Shown here piece after piece: positions 37,183-45,991 of a DNA stretch of 64,000 bases. Source of the stretch: an uncultured Draconibacterium sp. (GTDB lineage: Bacteria > Bacteroidota > Bacteroidia > Bacteroidales > UBA12170); assembly GCA_964293475.1 (NCBI GenBank), contig CAXYYJ010000014.1:14973-78972 (forward strand), in the 5' to 3' direction. Made by a program: the position numbers and the translations under genes. How positions within the stretch are numbered: position 1 is the first letter of the stretch; every line of letters begins with the position of its first letter. A model generated the notes under the pieces. The model was given only the letters and a program-made list of their open reading frames with translations. It had not been told where the DNA came from and searched no databases.

Positions 37183-37608
37183 CTATTTTCTTTTGCTTTC
37201 TTCCGTTTTATCAGCTGATGCTTCATTTTTGGGATTTCTTTTTACCGTGGGAACCCAAAAACCCATGACCAAAGTACCAACAATACCCACTAAAATTACT
37301 CCAATTTTAATGGAATCCGACTCAAGAAAGCAGGTTACTGATAAAATAAGCATGAACCACATAATGGAAATTGCAGATATTTTTTGGCGGAGTGACATCC
37401 CTTTAGCTTCTTTATAATCAACAATATAGCTCCCGATAATGGGATGGGAAACAAGCCATCTGTAAAGTCTTTCGGAGCTTTTGAGATAGAGAGCGGCGGC
37501 CAGCAAAAGGAAAGGAGTGGTAGGAAGTCCAGGGATAAAAATACCCAGCACACCCAGACCTAAAGCCAGAGTTCCGAGCAAAATGAAGAGTATTTTCCTA
37601 AGTGTCAT
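37183..37608 (-). CDS. YbaN/DUF454 family inner-membrane protein
   Basis: LG.LGIFIPGLPTTPFLLLAA..Y.KSS.RL..WL..HP..G motif. Confidence 0.9.
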   Translation of the reverse strand: MTLRKILFILLGTLALGLGVLGIFIPGLPTTPFLLLAAALYLKSSERLYRWLVSHPIIGSYIVDYKEAKGMSLRQKISAISIMWFMLILSVTCFLESDSIKIGVILVGIVGTLVMGFWVPTVKRNPKNEASADKTEESKRK

Positions 37609-37701
37609 AAAGAGAGCATCATTAAATTATAGATTTCCTTTTTGGCAAAAGTGAATTGAATAAAAATAAAGCGGGGGCTGAAAAAAAATCTTCACAGACT
37701 T

Positions 37702-38994
37702 TTAGGTTTTGCGTTTTTGTTTTTTTGCTGCGGGGAAAAGCACATTGTTCAAGATGAGTCTATAGCCCGACGAGTTGGGATGGAGTCCCAAATCGGTGGC
37801 AGGATCACCCACCATGTGACGGTAGTCTTCGGGGTCGTGGCCTCCATAAAAAGTCCAGGTTCCCTCGCCAAATTCCCCATGAATATAACGCGTTTCTCCC
37901 AATGCTTTGTTTTCTCCCAAAACGAGTACATTGGGCTTCAATGTGTTCTTATTGAAGGCGGTGGTTTGTCCCATAAACCCCCTTACCACCATTTCGTGGT
38001 TTTGGCAAAGCATGGTGGGCACAGGGTCCCATTTGGCAGAGAATTCGAAGAGGGTGAACAGATCGTTTTTTTGTTCCACTCCGCGTTTTATAGGATCAAC
38101 ATCAATGTTGGATATTTCATACTCTTGTGGATTCATGCTGATTTTAAAATTGGTGAAGGCCAGGCAATTGTCGAAATTGAGTTTTTGCTGTGCCTGTGGA
38201 TCAGCTGGGTCGCCATCGAACATATATTCGCAAATATCAACTCCTTCTGCGGCTAAAGCTACATCGAAGCTATCGGGAGCAGAACACATGGAAAACATAT
38301 AGCCACCCCCCAAAACAAAATCTCTTATTTTTTTTGCCACAGAAAGTTTAAGCTGCGAAACTTTTGTAAATCCCAGTGATTGAGCCGTTAGTTCAGCTTC
38401 TTTTTGATTTTCGATATACCAGGCAGCATTTCGGTAGCGGGCCCAAAATTTACCATACTGACCGGTGAAATCCTCATGATGCAAATGGAGCCAGTCGTAG
38501 TTGAGCAATTTTTCGCTCAGTACTTCTTCGTCATAAATTACATCGTAAGGAATTTCGGCGTAGGAGAGGGCCAGCGTCACAGCATCGTCCCAGGGCTGTT
38601 TATTTTTTGGCGAATAAACAGCAATTTTGGGGGCTTTATGCAACTTCACAGCATCCATATTCATGTCGGGAGCAGCAATATCTGTCAGAATTGAGGCTGC
38701 TTGTGCATCTGCAATTACCTGATAACTTACGCCTCTTATATTACATTCATCTTCAAAAACAGAGTTGTGAGGAAATAAAAAGCTACCGCCCCTATAATTC
38801 AACAACCAATCGATGGTCACATTCTTCGATATAACCCAATAGGCTATCCCATAGGATTTTAGGTGATTGGTTTGGGTTTCGTCCATGGGTATCAATATAT
38901 AGGCACCCTGAGCCGAGCGACTTACGAACAGCAAAAAAAGAATCCCAATTACTGCAAGTCTGGTTTTGTATTTAAAATTGTGGATATTGGTCAT
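37702..38994 (-). CDS. Conserved exported protein, class I glutamine-amidotransferase-like region (family often labelled 'asparagine synthetase B')
   Basis: Signal-peptide-like N-terminus; HLKSYGIAYW, LLNYRGGSF, PWDDAVTLAL.YAEIPYD, WLHLHHEDFTGQYGKF, GGHDPEDY, GYRLILNNVLFPAA. Start uncertain; overlaps dnaB 3' end by 23 nt. Confidence 0.65.
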   Translation of the reverse strand: MTNIHNFKYKTRLAVIGILFLLFVSRSAQGAYILIPMDETQTNHLKSYGIAYWVISKNVTIDWLLNYRGGSFLFPHNSVFEDECNIRGVSYQVIADAQAASILTDIAAPDMNMDAVKLHKAPKIAVYSPKNKQPWDDAVTLALSYAEIPYDVIYDEEVLSEKLLNYDWLHLHHEDFTGQYGKFWARYRNAAWYIENQKEAELTAQSLGFTKVSQLKLSVAKKIRDFVLGGGYMFSMCSAPDSFDVALAAEGVDICEYMFDGDPADPQAQQKLNFDNCLAFTNFKISMNPQEYEISNIDVDPIKRGVEQKNDLFTLFEFSAKWDPVPTMLCQNHEMVVRGFMGQTTAFNKNTLKPNVLVLGENKALGETRYIHGEFGEGTWTFYGGHDPEDYRHMVGDPATDLGLHPNSSGYRLILNNVLFPAAKKQKRKT

Positions 38995-40546
38995 TGGTAA
39001 GTGGTTGTTCTGTGAAAGATGGATCGTCGGGTATATCGTCCATTTTGCTTTTTACCCGCTTTGTATTTCCCGTGGATTCGAAATCATCGTTGGGATTCAT
39101 GGAACCATAAGATTTAATTTCGAAGGAATTCAAATCTGTAAATTTGATAAATTGGCCCACAAACCTTAGATAAACAGAATCCAGAGAACCATTACGGTGT
39201 TTTGCAATGATGATTTCGCCTTTTCCTTTGGTGTCGACATTGTTATCGTCTTCGGTAATTCCGTAATATTCAGGGCGATAAATAAACAGAACAATATCGG
39301 CATCCTGTTCAATGGCACCCGATTCGCGAAGGTCGGAAAGTTGTGGCTTTTTCAACCCGCCGCGGGTTTCAACCGAGCGGTTGAGCTGCGAGAGCACCAA
39401 AACCGGTACATTGAGCTCTTTGGCCAAAGCTTTAAGTGAGCGTGAAATAGAACTGATTTCCTGTTCACGGTTTCCGGTGTTATCACCGGCACGCATAAGC
39501 TGAATATAGTCGATAACAATCAATTGAATATGATGCTGTTCCTTGAGTCGGCGGCATTTGGCCCGAAGTTCGAAAATGGAAAGAGCAGGAGTATCGTCGA
39601 TAAAGATAGCGGCGTCTTCGAGGGCTTTAATTTTTGTGTTGAGTTGTTTCCATTCGTCTTCGCGCAGTTCTCCTTTTTTGAGTTTTTCTCCGCTTATTTC
39701 AGTTTCAGAGGCAATGAGACGAGTTGCCAGCTGAACCGACGACATCTCCAGAGAGAAGAAAGCCACCGGAGAGCCTGCAATGGCAGCATTGCGGGTGAGA
39801 GAGAGTGCGAAGGCTGTTTTTCCCATACCAGGACGCGCAGCAATAACCACCAAATCCGATTTTTGCCAACCCGCTGTAAGCCTGTCGAGTTCTGTAAATC
39901 CCGAAGGCACCCCGCGAAGTTTTCCCTCGGAGTTTTTGGCTTTTTCAATTTCTTTAATGGCTTCGAGAACCAGAGTTTTCATGTCGAGCGATTCGCGGCG
40001 GAAATTGTTCTCGCTGATGTCGAAAAGCCCTTGTTCTGCTCTGTCCAACAGGTTGAAAACGTCGGTTGAATCTTCGAAAGCATCCTTAATGGTGGAAGAC
40101 GAAACACGAATCAATTCCCGTAAAATGTATTTTTGAGCAAGAATGCGGGTATGAAATTCAATATTTGCTGTGGAACCCACCCGATTTGTCAGCTGCGAAA
40201 TGTAGAATGGGCCACCCACTTCTTCCAATTGTCCAATAACTTTGAGTTTATTGGTAACAGTCAAAATATCAATGGGTTCGGTATCGGCAAAAAGAATGCT
40301 GATGGCTTTAAAAATTTTCTGATGGGCTTCTTTGTAAAATATTTCAGGTTTTAAAATGTCGATTACAGAGGTAAGGGCATCTCTTTCCAAAAGAAGAGCT
40401 CCCAAAACAGCTTCCTCCAAATCGAGGGCCTGTGGAGGTATTCTACCCAAATCGAATGGACTTGGGGCTGTTTTATTTTTTCGCGGAGAGCCCAAATCGG
40501 TTTGAGTCAATCCATTGTTTTTATTTTGATAATTCTGATCTTCCAT
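38972..40546 (-). CDS. dnaB: Replicative DNA helicase DnaB
   Basis: PPQALDLEEAVLGALL, AARPGMGKT (Walker A), FSLEMS, IDYIQLM, LSQLNR, DLRESGAIEQDAD, IAKHRNG. Confidence 0.98.
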   Translation of the reverse strand: MEDQNYQNKNNGLTQTDLGSPRKNKTAPSPFDLGRIPPQALDLEEAVLGALLLERDALTSVIDILKPEIFYKEAHQKIFKAISILFADTEPIDILTVTNKLKVIGQLEEVGGPFYISQLTNRVGSTANIEFHTRILAQKYILRELIRVSSSTIKDAFEDSTDVFNLLDRAEQGLFDISENNFRRESLDMKTLVLEAIKEIEKAKNSEGKLRGVPSGFTELDRLTAGWQKSDLVVIAARPGMGKTAFALSLTRNAAIAGSPVAFFSLEMSSVQLATRLIASETEISGEKLKKGELREDEWKQLNTKIKALEDAAIFIDDTPALSIFELRAKCRRLKEQHHIQLIVIDYIQLMRAGDNTGNREQEISSISRSLKALAKELNVPVLVLSQLNRSVETRGGLKKPQLSDLRESGAIEQDADIVLFIYRPEYYGITEDDNNVDTKGKGEIIIAKHRNGSLDSVYLRFVGQFIKFTDLNSFEIKSYGSMNPNDDFESTGNTKRVKSKMDDIPDDPSFTEQPLTNDQYPQF

Positions 40547-40551
40547 AGGTG

Positions 40552-40559
40552 CAAAAATA
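40552..40559 (-). promoter_or_regulatory. Bacteroidota -7 element (TATTTTTG) of dnaB, 5 nt before ATG
   Basis: Exact TAnnTTTG match. Confidence 0.6.
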
Positions 40560-40625
40560 CGGGATATCCAATTTTAAAAACTTGACTACTTTGGAATTTT
40601 ATAAACATTGGACAAGTTTTCGGAG

Positions 40626-40663
40626 AAAAAAAGTCAGAGAATTGTTTCCAATCCCCTGACTTT
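40626..40663 (-). terminator. Rho-independent terminator of the ABC efflux operon
   Basis: Minus strand AAAGTCAGGGGATTG-GAAA-CAATTCTCTGACTTTTTTT. Confidence 0.75.
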
Positions 40664-40831
40664 CAAAAATCCAAAAATAAATTAATCCTGTATTAAATCC
40701 TATGAAATATCCATACAAGAATCTTTACACAAACAGGGATTGTTTAACATGGATATTCCATCTGACAGTTAAAAATAAAATTGTAAACAGATGAAATTAT
40801 TTCGTGTTTTGTTTGTTTAAAATTCTGTAAA

Positions 40832-41917
40832 TTACTGTATTTTAACGATTTTAATTTTATCGGTGGCCGAAACTCCTTCGAGCACTTCTATTTGAATACC
40901 ATCGCTCAATCCGGTTTTAACCCACCGTTTTTCGAATTCCTGCGGACGGGTTTCTATTTCTACATAGGCGCTGTCTTTCTCGAATTGAAGCAGGCTTTCG
41001 TTAATAGAAAGTACCTGATCGCGGCGATCGAGAACAATGGCTGCATTGGCGCTATATCCAGCTCTGATAAACTGGTCTTCGCGAAGTTGTACTTTGGCTC
41101 TGATTTCGAATTGAACGGCTCCATTCTCCTCTACACCTTTGGGTGAGATATGTTCTAAAAGTGCATCGAATTCAGTATTTTCAATGGCACCAATGGTAAG
41201 AATGAGCGGCATTCCTTCTTTAATTTTCCCCACTTCCGACTCGTCAATTTTCCCTTCGAAAATCATTTCGCCCATATCGGCCACAGTGGCTATGGTGGTT
41301 CCATCGTTGAAAGTATTGCTTTCGATTACGCTGTTTCCTTCTTCCACAGGAATTTCCAGAATCATGCCTTCGATGGTGGAGGTTATCAGAGTGTTGGTGG
41401 TTGATTTTGCCTTGCTTGTTTGACCATCGCGAATGAGCTCCAGATTGCCAATGGCGGAGTTAACCTCTTCTTGCGCGTTTTGATAGTTGGTTTCTGCCTC
41501 GTCGAATTCGGAGCGGGCAATCACTTTTTTCTCAAACAACTCTTTTTGTCTGTTATAAACTGTTTCGCTGAATTTCAGCTGAATACGAGCTCTTTCCACC
41601 CGCGATTCCGCATTGTTCAAATTCACCATATCGGGAATTATGGTAACACGGGCAATGAGGTCGCCTTTGTGCAGAATTTGTCCTTCTTCCACAAATATTT
41701 CATCGATGATACCCGAAACTTTGGGTTTGATTTCGATTTCTTTTCGTGGCTTAACGGTTCCTGTGGCGGTTGTTTTTTTAATGATATCCATCTTTGTGGC
41801 CTGAGCAGTTTCGTAAATCACAGGTTTTTCCTGCGATTTGGCCCATAGAAAATACAAGGTATAACCAAAGATTCCCAGGATTATAATTGCGATAAGTATT
41901 TTAAAAAATGCTTTCAT
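40832..41917 (-). CDS. Periplasmic adaptor (MFP, MacA/HlyD-like) of ABC efflux system
   Basis: N-terminal TM anchor; ATGTVKP..EIEIKPKVSGII, alpha-hairpin, GKIDESEVGKI, V.TGLSDG..IEV. Confidence 0.9.
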   Translation of the reverse strand: MKAFFKILIAIIILGIFGYTLYFLWAKSQEKPVIYETAQATKMDIIKKTTATGTVKPRKEIEIKPKVSGIIDEIFVEEGQILHKGDLIARVTIIPDMVNLNNAESRVERARIQLKFSETVYNRQKELFEKKVIARSEFDEAETNYQNAQEEVNSAIGNLELIRDGQTSKAKSTTNTLITSTIEGMILEIPVEEGNSVIESNTFNDGTTIATVADMGEMIFEGKIDESEVGKIKEGMPLILTIGAIENTEFDALLEHISPKGVEENGAVQFEIRAKVQLREDQFIRAGYSANAAIVLDRRDQVLSINESLLQFEKDSAYVEIETRPQEFEKRWVKTGLSDGIQIEVLEGVSATDKIKIVKIQ

Positions 41918-41958
41918 TGAATTTGGTTTTTAATCATTTTACAAAATTTCATATTCGT

Positions 41959-43227
41959 TTATTCGTCGCGCAAGGCGTCGATGGGTTTTATACTAACAGC
42001 TCTGTTGGCTGGAATCAATCCGGCCAAAGCGCCCGAAATAACTAAGAGAACCAGTGCCAGCACAGCCTTTTGAAAGTCAACTTCGGGGTTGTTAAACATT
42101 TGGGTATTGGCGCCAAATTTTATCAATAAATAATTGATTAGTTCGAGAATACCAACCCCCACTACCAATCCAAAATATCCGGCGAAGGAGGTAAGCATAA
42201 CAGATTCAATAATAATTTGCTTCCTGATTTGCCAGGGAGTTGCCCCCAAAGCCCGCTGAACTCCAATTTCTTTGGTTCTCTCCTTAACAATAATCAGCAT
42301 AATATTGCTCACCCCAATTACGCCTGCAAAAAGAGTTCCGATGCCCACAATCCATATGAGTCCGCTGATGCCTGCAAAGAGGCGCGACATTTTCAGAAAT
42401 TCTTCTTCCACATTAAAGGAACCGATGGCCCGATTGTCGTCGGGAGCAATGGCGTGGCGGCTTTTCATTACATCGGTTGCTTTTTCGAGCACCTGAGCTG
42501 CCGAATATCCCTCTTTGGCAGTTATGGAGTACCAGCCCACATTGTTTCCCATATTGTAGGTGGTTTGCATGGTGGTGAAGGGCATAAATATTTGCTGATT
42601 TTCCTCTTCAGCCTGCTGATCGTTTTTCTTGCTGCTACTCACTCCAACTATCTGAAAGAAAACCCCATTGATTTTTAAATAGTCACCTATTGGTTCTTCA
42701 CCGGGACTGAACATTTCTTCGGAAACTCTTTTCCCGATGACGACAACTTTTCGTTTACCAGTAATATCATTGTCGTTGATAAAACGACCTTTAAGAATGT
42801 TTGATGGGTCAATTTTGTTGTAGTCGGGGTAATCGCCCTGAATGCTGTAGGCGGCGGTGCGTTCATTCCGAACCACATTGTTTTGTCCTTCAGAAGCAAA
42901 AACCTGTAGCCTGGGGGCTAAATATTCTATTTCTGGAATTTGATCTTTAAGGGCCTTTGTATCATCATTATCGAATCTAACCCACCGTCCTCTCACAAAG
43001 CCTTTATAAGGCATGGTGGTTCGGTTTCCCCACATGAACATGCTGTTGGTGGCCATATCGCCCATGCCAGTGCTCACTCCATTGTGTAAACCTTTGCCTG
43101 CGCCAAGCATGACTACCAGCATGAAAATGCCCCAGAACACTCCAAATGCAGTGAAGAAGGTACGCAGTTTATTTTGTTTCACTGTGAACCATATTTCCTG
43201 GAGTTTATCGCTATTTATGAGTTGCAT
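41959..43227 (-). CDS. ABC transporter permease (MacB/FtsX-like)
   Basis: NKLRT..TAFGVFWGI, GVSNIMLIIVKERTKEIG.QRALGA, IPANRA..IKPIDALRDE. Confidence 0.92.
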   Translation of the reverse strand: MQLINSDKLQEIWFTVKQNKLRTFFTAFGVFWGIFMLVVMLGAGKGLHNGVSTGMGDMATNSMFMWGNRTTMPYKGFVRGRWVRFDNDDTKALKDQIPEIEYLAPRLQVFASEGQNNVVRNERTAAYSIQGDYPDYNKIDPSNILKGRFINDNDITGKRKVVVIGKRVSEEMFSPGEEPIGDYLKINGVFFQIVGVSSSKKNDQQAEEENQQIFMPFTTMQTTYNMGNNVGWYSITAKEGYSAAQVLEKATDVMKSRHAIAPDDNRAIGSFNVEEEFLKMSRLFAGISGLIWIVGIGTLFAGVIGVSNIMLIIVKERTKEIGVQRALGATPWQIRKQIIIESVMLTSFAGYFGLVVGVGILELINYLLIKFGANTQMFNNPEVDFQKAVLALVLLVISGALAGLIPANRAVSIKPIDALRDE

Positions 43228-43244
43228 GGTATCGTTTGTTATAA

Positions 43245-44474
43245 TTATTCATCTCTTAAAGCAACCACTGGTTTAACCGATGCGGCTTTTCGCGCTGGCA
43301 CAAAACCGGCCAAAGCACCAGCAACAATGAGAATAAAAGTAGCTCCCAAGGCCACATTGATATTTACTTCGGGGTTTGCAAAATAGCTGTCTCCCTTAAA
43401 GTTGCTGCCAACCAGTTCGAGAAGACCAACACCAAGCACCAATCCAACATATCCCGCAAAAGCAGTAATGGCAATACTCTCCTGGAGAATGAGACTGACA
43501 ATGGAGAAAGGAGTGGCACCCAATGCTTTTCTTACTCCAATTTCTTTAGTGCGTTCTTTCACCACAATCATCATAATATTGCTAACGCCTACAATTCCGG
43601 CAATGATGGTTCCTATGCCAATAAACCAGATAAAAATGCGGATGCTGGCAAATAAATCCATAAACTGCTGGTAGTTTTCGATGCTGTTGAAAATGAAAAG
43701 TGCTCTGGTATCCTGTGGATCGAATTTAAACCGCTCGGCAAGCGTTGATTTAATTTCTTCAACGGTTTTTTGACTTTCTTCGGATGAGGCATTGCCCAGC
43801 ATTACCTGAATGGAATTGATGTCTTTTCCCATGCCGAAAACCATTTGTCCTGTTGATGTGGGAATGTAAATACGTTGTAAATCGCGGTCGGAGCCCGGAT
43901 CGTTAAATATTCCCACCACTTTGAACGGAACGCCGCCAATATTGATATAGGCATCAATGGCGGGGCCGCCTTTAAATAATTCTTCAAAAACAATGCGCCC
44001 AATCACGGCAACTTTGCGGTTTTGGTTTTGATCGAGCTGATTCAAGAATCTCCCCTGAACCATTTCAAGGGCTTCCACATGGCCATATTCGGGGGTAATG
44101 GCAAAGATGTCGAATGTTCCGTATTCGCTTTTATAATTTACGGTGCTCACCTGCCAAATGCGGGAGCGGTTACTTGTCTTTTCTACATGGCTCAGGCTGG
44201 CCAATAAATCTTCGTCTTCGTTTTCGAACTCGATAAAGCGTCCTGGCTTCATGCCTTTATAGGGTTTGCTGGTCACACCGCCGTTTATGGAAATATAATT
44301 TACGGCATCGCCGGCAAATTCTTTGCTAACGCCGTTTTCCAGTCCGTAGCCCGAGCCAAGCAGAATTATGAGCATAAAAATTCCCCAGGCCACGCTAAAC
44401 CCTGTTAAAAAGGTCCGCAGCTTGTTCTTTTTAATGGTCTCAAATATTTCCTGCCATTTATCGAGGTCGAACAT
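43245..44474 (-). CDS. ABC transporter permease (MacB/FtsX-like), paralog
   Basis: NKLRTFLTGFSVAWGI, GVSNIM...VKERTKEIG.RKALGA, PARKAASVKPVVALRDE. Confidence 0.92.
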   Translation of the reverse strand: MFDLDKWQEIFETIKKNKLRTFLTGFSVAWGIFMLIILLGSGYGLENGVSKEFAGDAVNYISINGGVTSKPYKGMKPGRFIEFENEDEDLLASLSHVEKTSNRSRIWQVSTVNYKSEYGTFDIFAITPEYGHVEALEMVQGRFLNQLDQNQNRKVAVIGRIVFEELFKGGPAIDAYINIGGVPFKVVGIFNDPGSDRDLQRIYIPTSTGQMVFGMGKDINSIQVMLGNASSEESQKTVEEIKSTLAERFKFDPQDTRALFIFNSIENYQQFMDLFASIRIFIWFIGIGTIIAGIVGVSNIMMIVVKERTKEIGVRKALGATPFSIVSLILQESIAITAFAGYVGLVLGVGLLELVGSNFKGDSYFANPEVNINVALGATFILIVAGALAGFVPARKAASVKPVVALRDE

Positions 44475-44484
44475 ATAGTTTGTT

Positions 44485-44673
44485 TTACAGATTGTGGGGT
44501 TGAAATAGAGCTAAATTTACTTTTTGCTGAAATACAGTGTATTGGTCAACTTTTAAATCAACCTCTTCCTGCCTTGTTCTTTTGGCATAGTGCAGGTAAA
44601 ACTCCCTCAACAACTGTAGTGTATCGGGAGCATTACTTGCCTGATTTGTGTTCAAAGTTTGATTGGTTTTCAT
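44485..44673 (-). CDS. Putative 62-aa small protein inside the ABC operon
   Basis: ATG start; fills the gap between ATPase (17 nt) and permease (10 nt). No recognisable family. Confidence 0.35.
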   Translation of the reverse strand: MKTNQTLNTNQASNAPDTLQLLREFYLHYAKRTRQEEVDLKVDQYTVFQQKVNLALFQPHNL

Positions 44674-44690
44674 GGTGATGTGTCTGGGGT

Positions 44691-45443
44691 TTATATAATT
44701 ATTTCATGGTTCTGTGGTTTGGGCATCCCTTCGGACCGCAGGTTTTCCTCGCGAAATGCCTTCAGGTCGCCGTTGTAGATATTTTTCTCGATAATGCCAT
44801 CCTTAAGCCAGATGATTCGGTTGGTCATGGCGGCAATATCGTGTTCGTGGGTAACCAGGATGATGGTAATACCGGTTTCGTTGATTTCTTTTAAAATCTT
44901 CATCACTTCGTAGGAGGTGGTGGTATCGAGAGCACCGGTGGGCTCGTCGGCCAGAATAACCTTAGGTTGACCAATAAGAGCACGGGCAATGGCGAGACGT
45001 TGTTTTTGTCCGCCGCTCAACTCGTTGGGCATGTGGTTGGCCCATTCTCTCAGCCCCATTTTATCGAGATATTCCATGGCAATGAGGTTTCTTTTTTTGC
45101 GGGCTACGTTCTGATAGTAGAGCGGAAGTGCCACATTTTCCATGGCATTTTTAAAAGAAATCAGGTTAAAAGATTGAAATACAAAGCCTAACATTTTGTT
45201 TCGGTAATAGGCAGCCTTTTTCTCGTTGAGGTTTTGCATTAGGGTTCCATCCAGGTAATATTCACCCTGATCGTAGTTGTCTAAAATTCCTAAAATATTC
45301 AATAAGGTTGATTTTCCGGAGCCAGAGGAGCCCATAATGGAAACCAATTCGCCTTTTTCTATTCCCAGATTGATGCCCTTGAGCACATGCAGGGAGTTTG
45401 AGCCGGTGGTATAACTTTTATTGATATTTTTCAGACTAATCAT
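44691..45443 (-). CDS. ABC transporter ATP-binding protein (MacB/LolD-like)
   Basis: GSSGSGKST (Walker A), LSGGQKQR signature, ILADEPTG (Walker B), VTHE. Confidence 0.95.
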   Translation of the reverse strand: MISLKNINKSYTTGSNSLHVLKGINLGIEKGELVSIMGSSGSGKSTLLNILGILDNYDQGEYYLDGTLMQNLNEKKAAYYRNKMLGFVFQSFNLISFKNAMENVALPLYYQNVARKKRNLIAMEYLDKMGLREWANHMPNELSGGQKQRLAIARALIGQPKVILADEPTGALDTTTSYEVMKILKEINETGITIILVTHEHDIAAMTNRIIWLKDGIIEKNIYNGDLKAFREENLRSEGMPKPQNHEIII

Positions 45444-45991
45444 TTTTCAAGCTTTTGTTCTAATGGTTCTACAATCGTGCCGTTTTGTGCAAGTTTATGT
45501 TATTCAGAGAGTTGCTATTATTGTTGGGGATGATTTAACATTATTTATGTTCATTCACTAACAACAACTGTTCACTTTCGTTCATTTTTATTTCTCCGGA
45601 TATTCCATAACTTACTCGATACTACTAAGAAGCGTAAGTTGAAAGAATGTTACATGAAAAACTTATTTTTTTTGTTTTGTAAGTATTTTTTAAGGATTGG
45701 CTTAGAATAGGAAATATTCCACGACTACGATTAGTCATTTCTTGCATGCTTTTTTGGCTAATACAGTTTCATCATTATTAAACCAATTCCAATTGATAGG
45801 TATTTTGATTAAAATTTTATAAGCCCATGAATAATTAACCATTTATAAATAATTGATTCTTGCCACATCTTTTCAATCGCAATTCCCTTTTCCGTGTTAC
45901 ACTGAAATAACCAAAATGGGGTTTTTGGTAGGATTCAAAAAAAATATATCCGTAAATTTGGCCTCCCGAAAAATAATAGAAATTTTATCAT

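Noticed and set aside
40560-40831. AT-rich region upstream of dnaB with 8/9 DnaA-box-like matches (TTATAAACA 40599; CTTTACACA 40723), possible oriC
   Set aside because: Only two imperfect boxes, expected by chance in AT-rich DNA; no DUE repeats; the region is explained by a terminator and the dnaB promoter. GC skew could not be computed.
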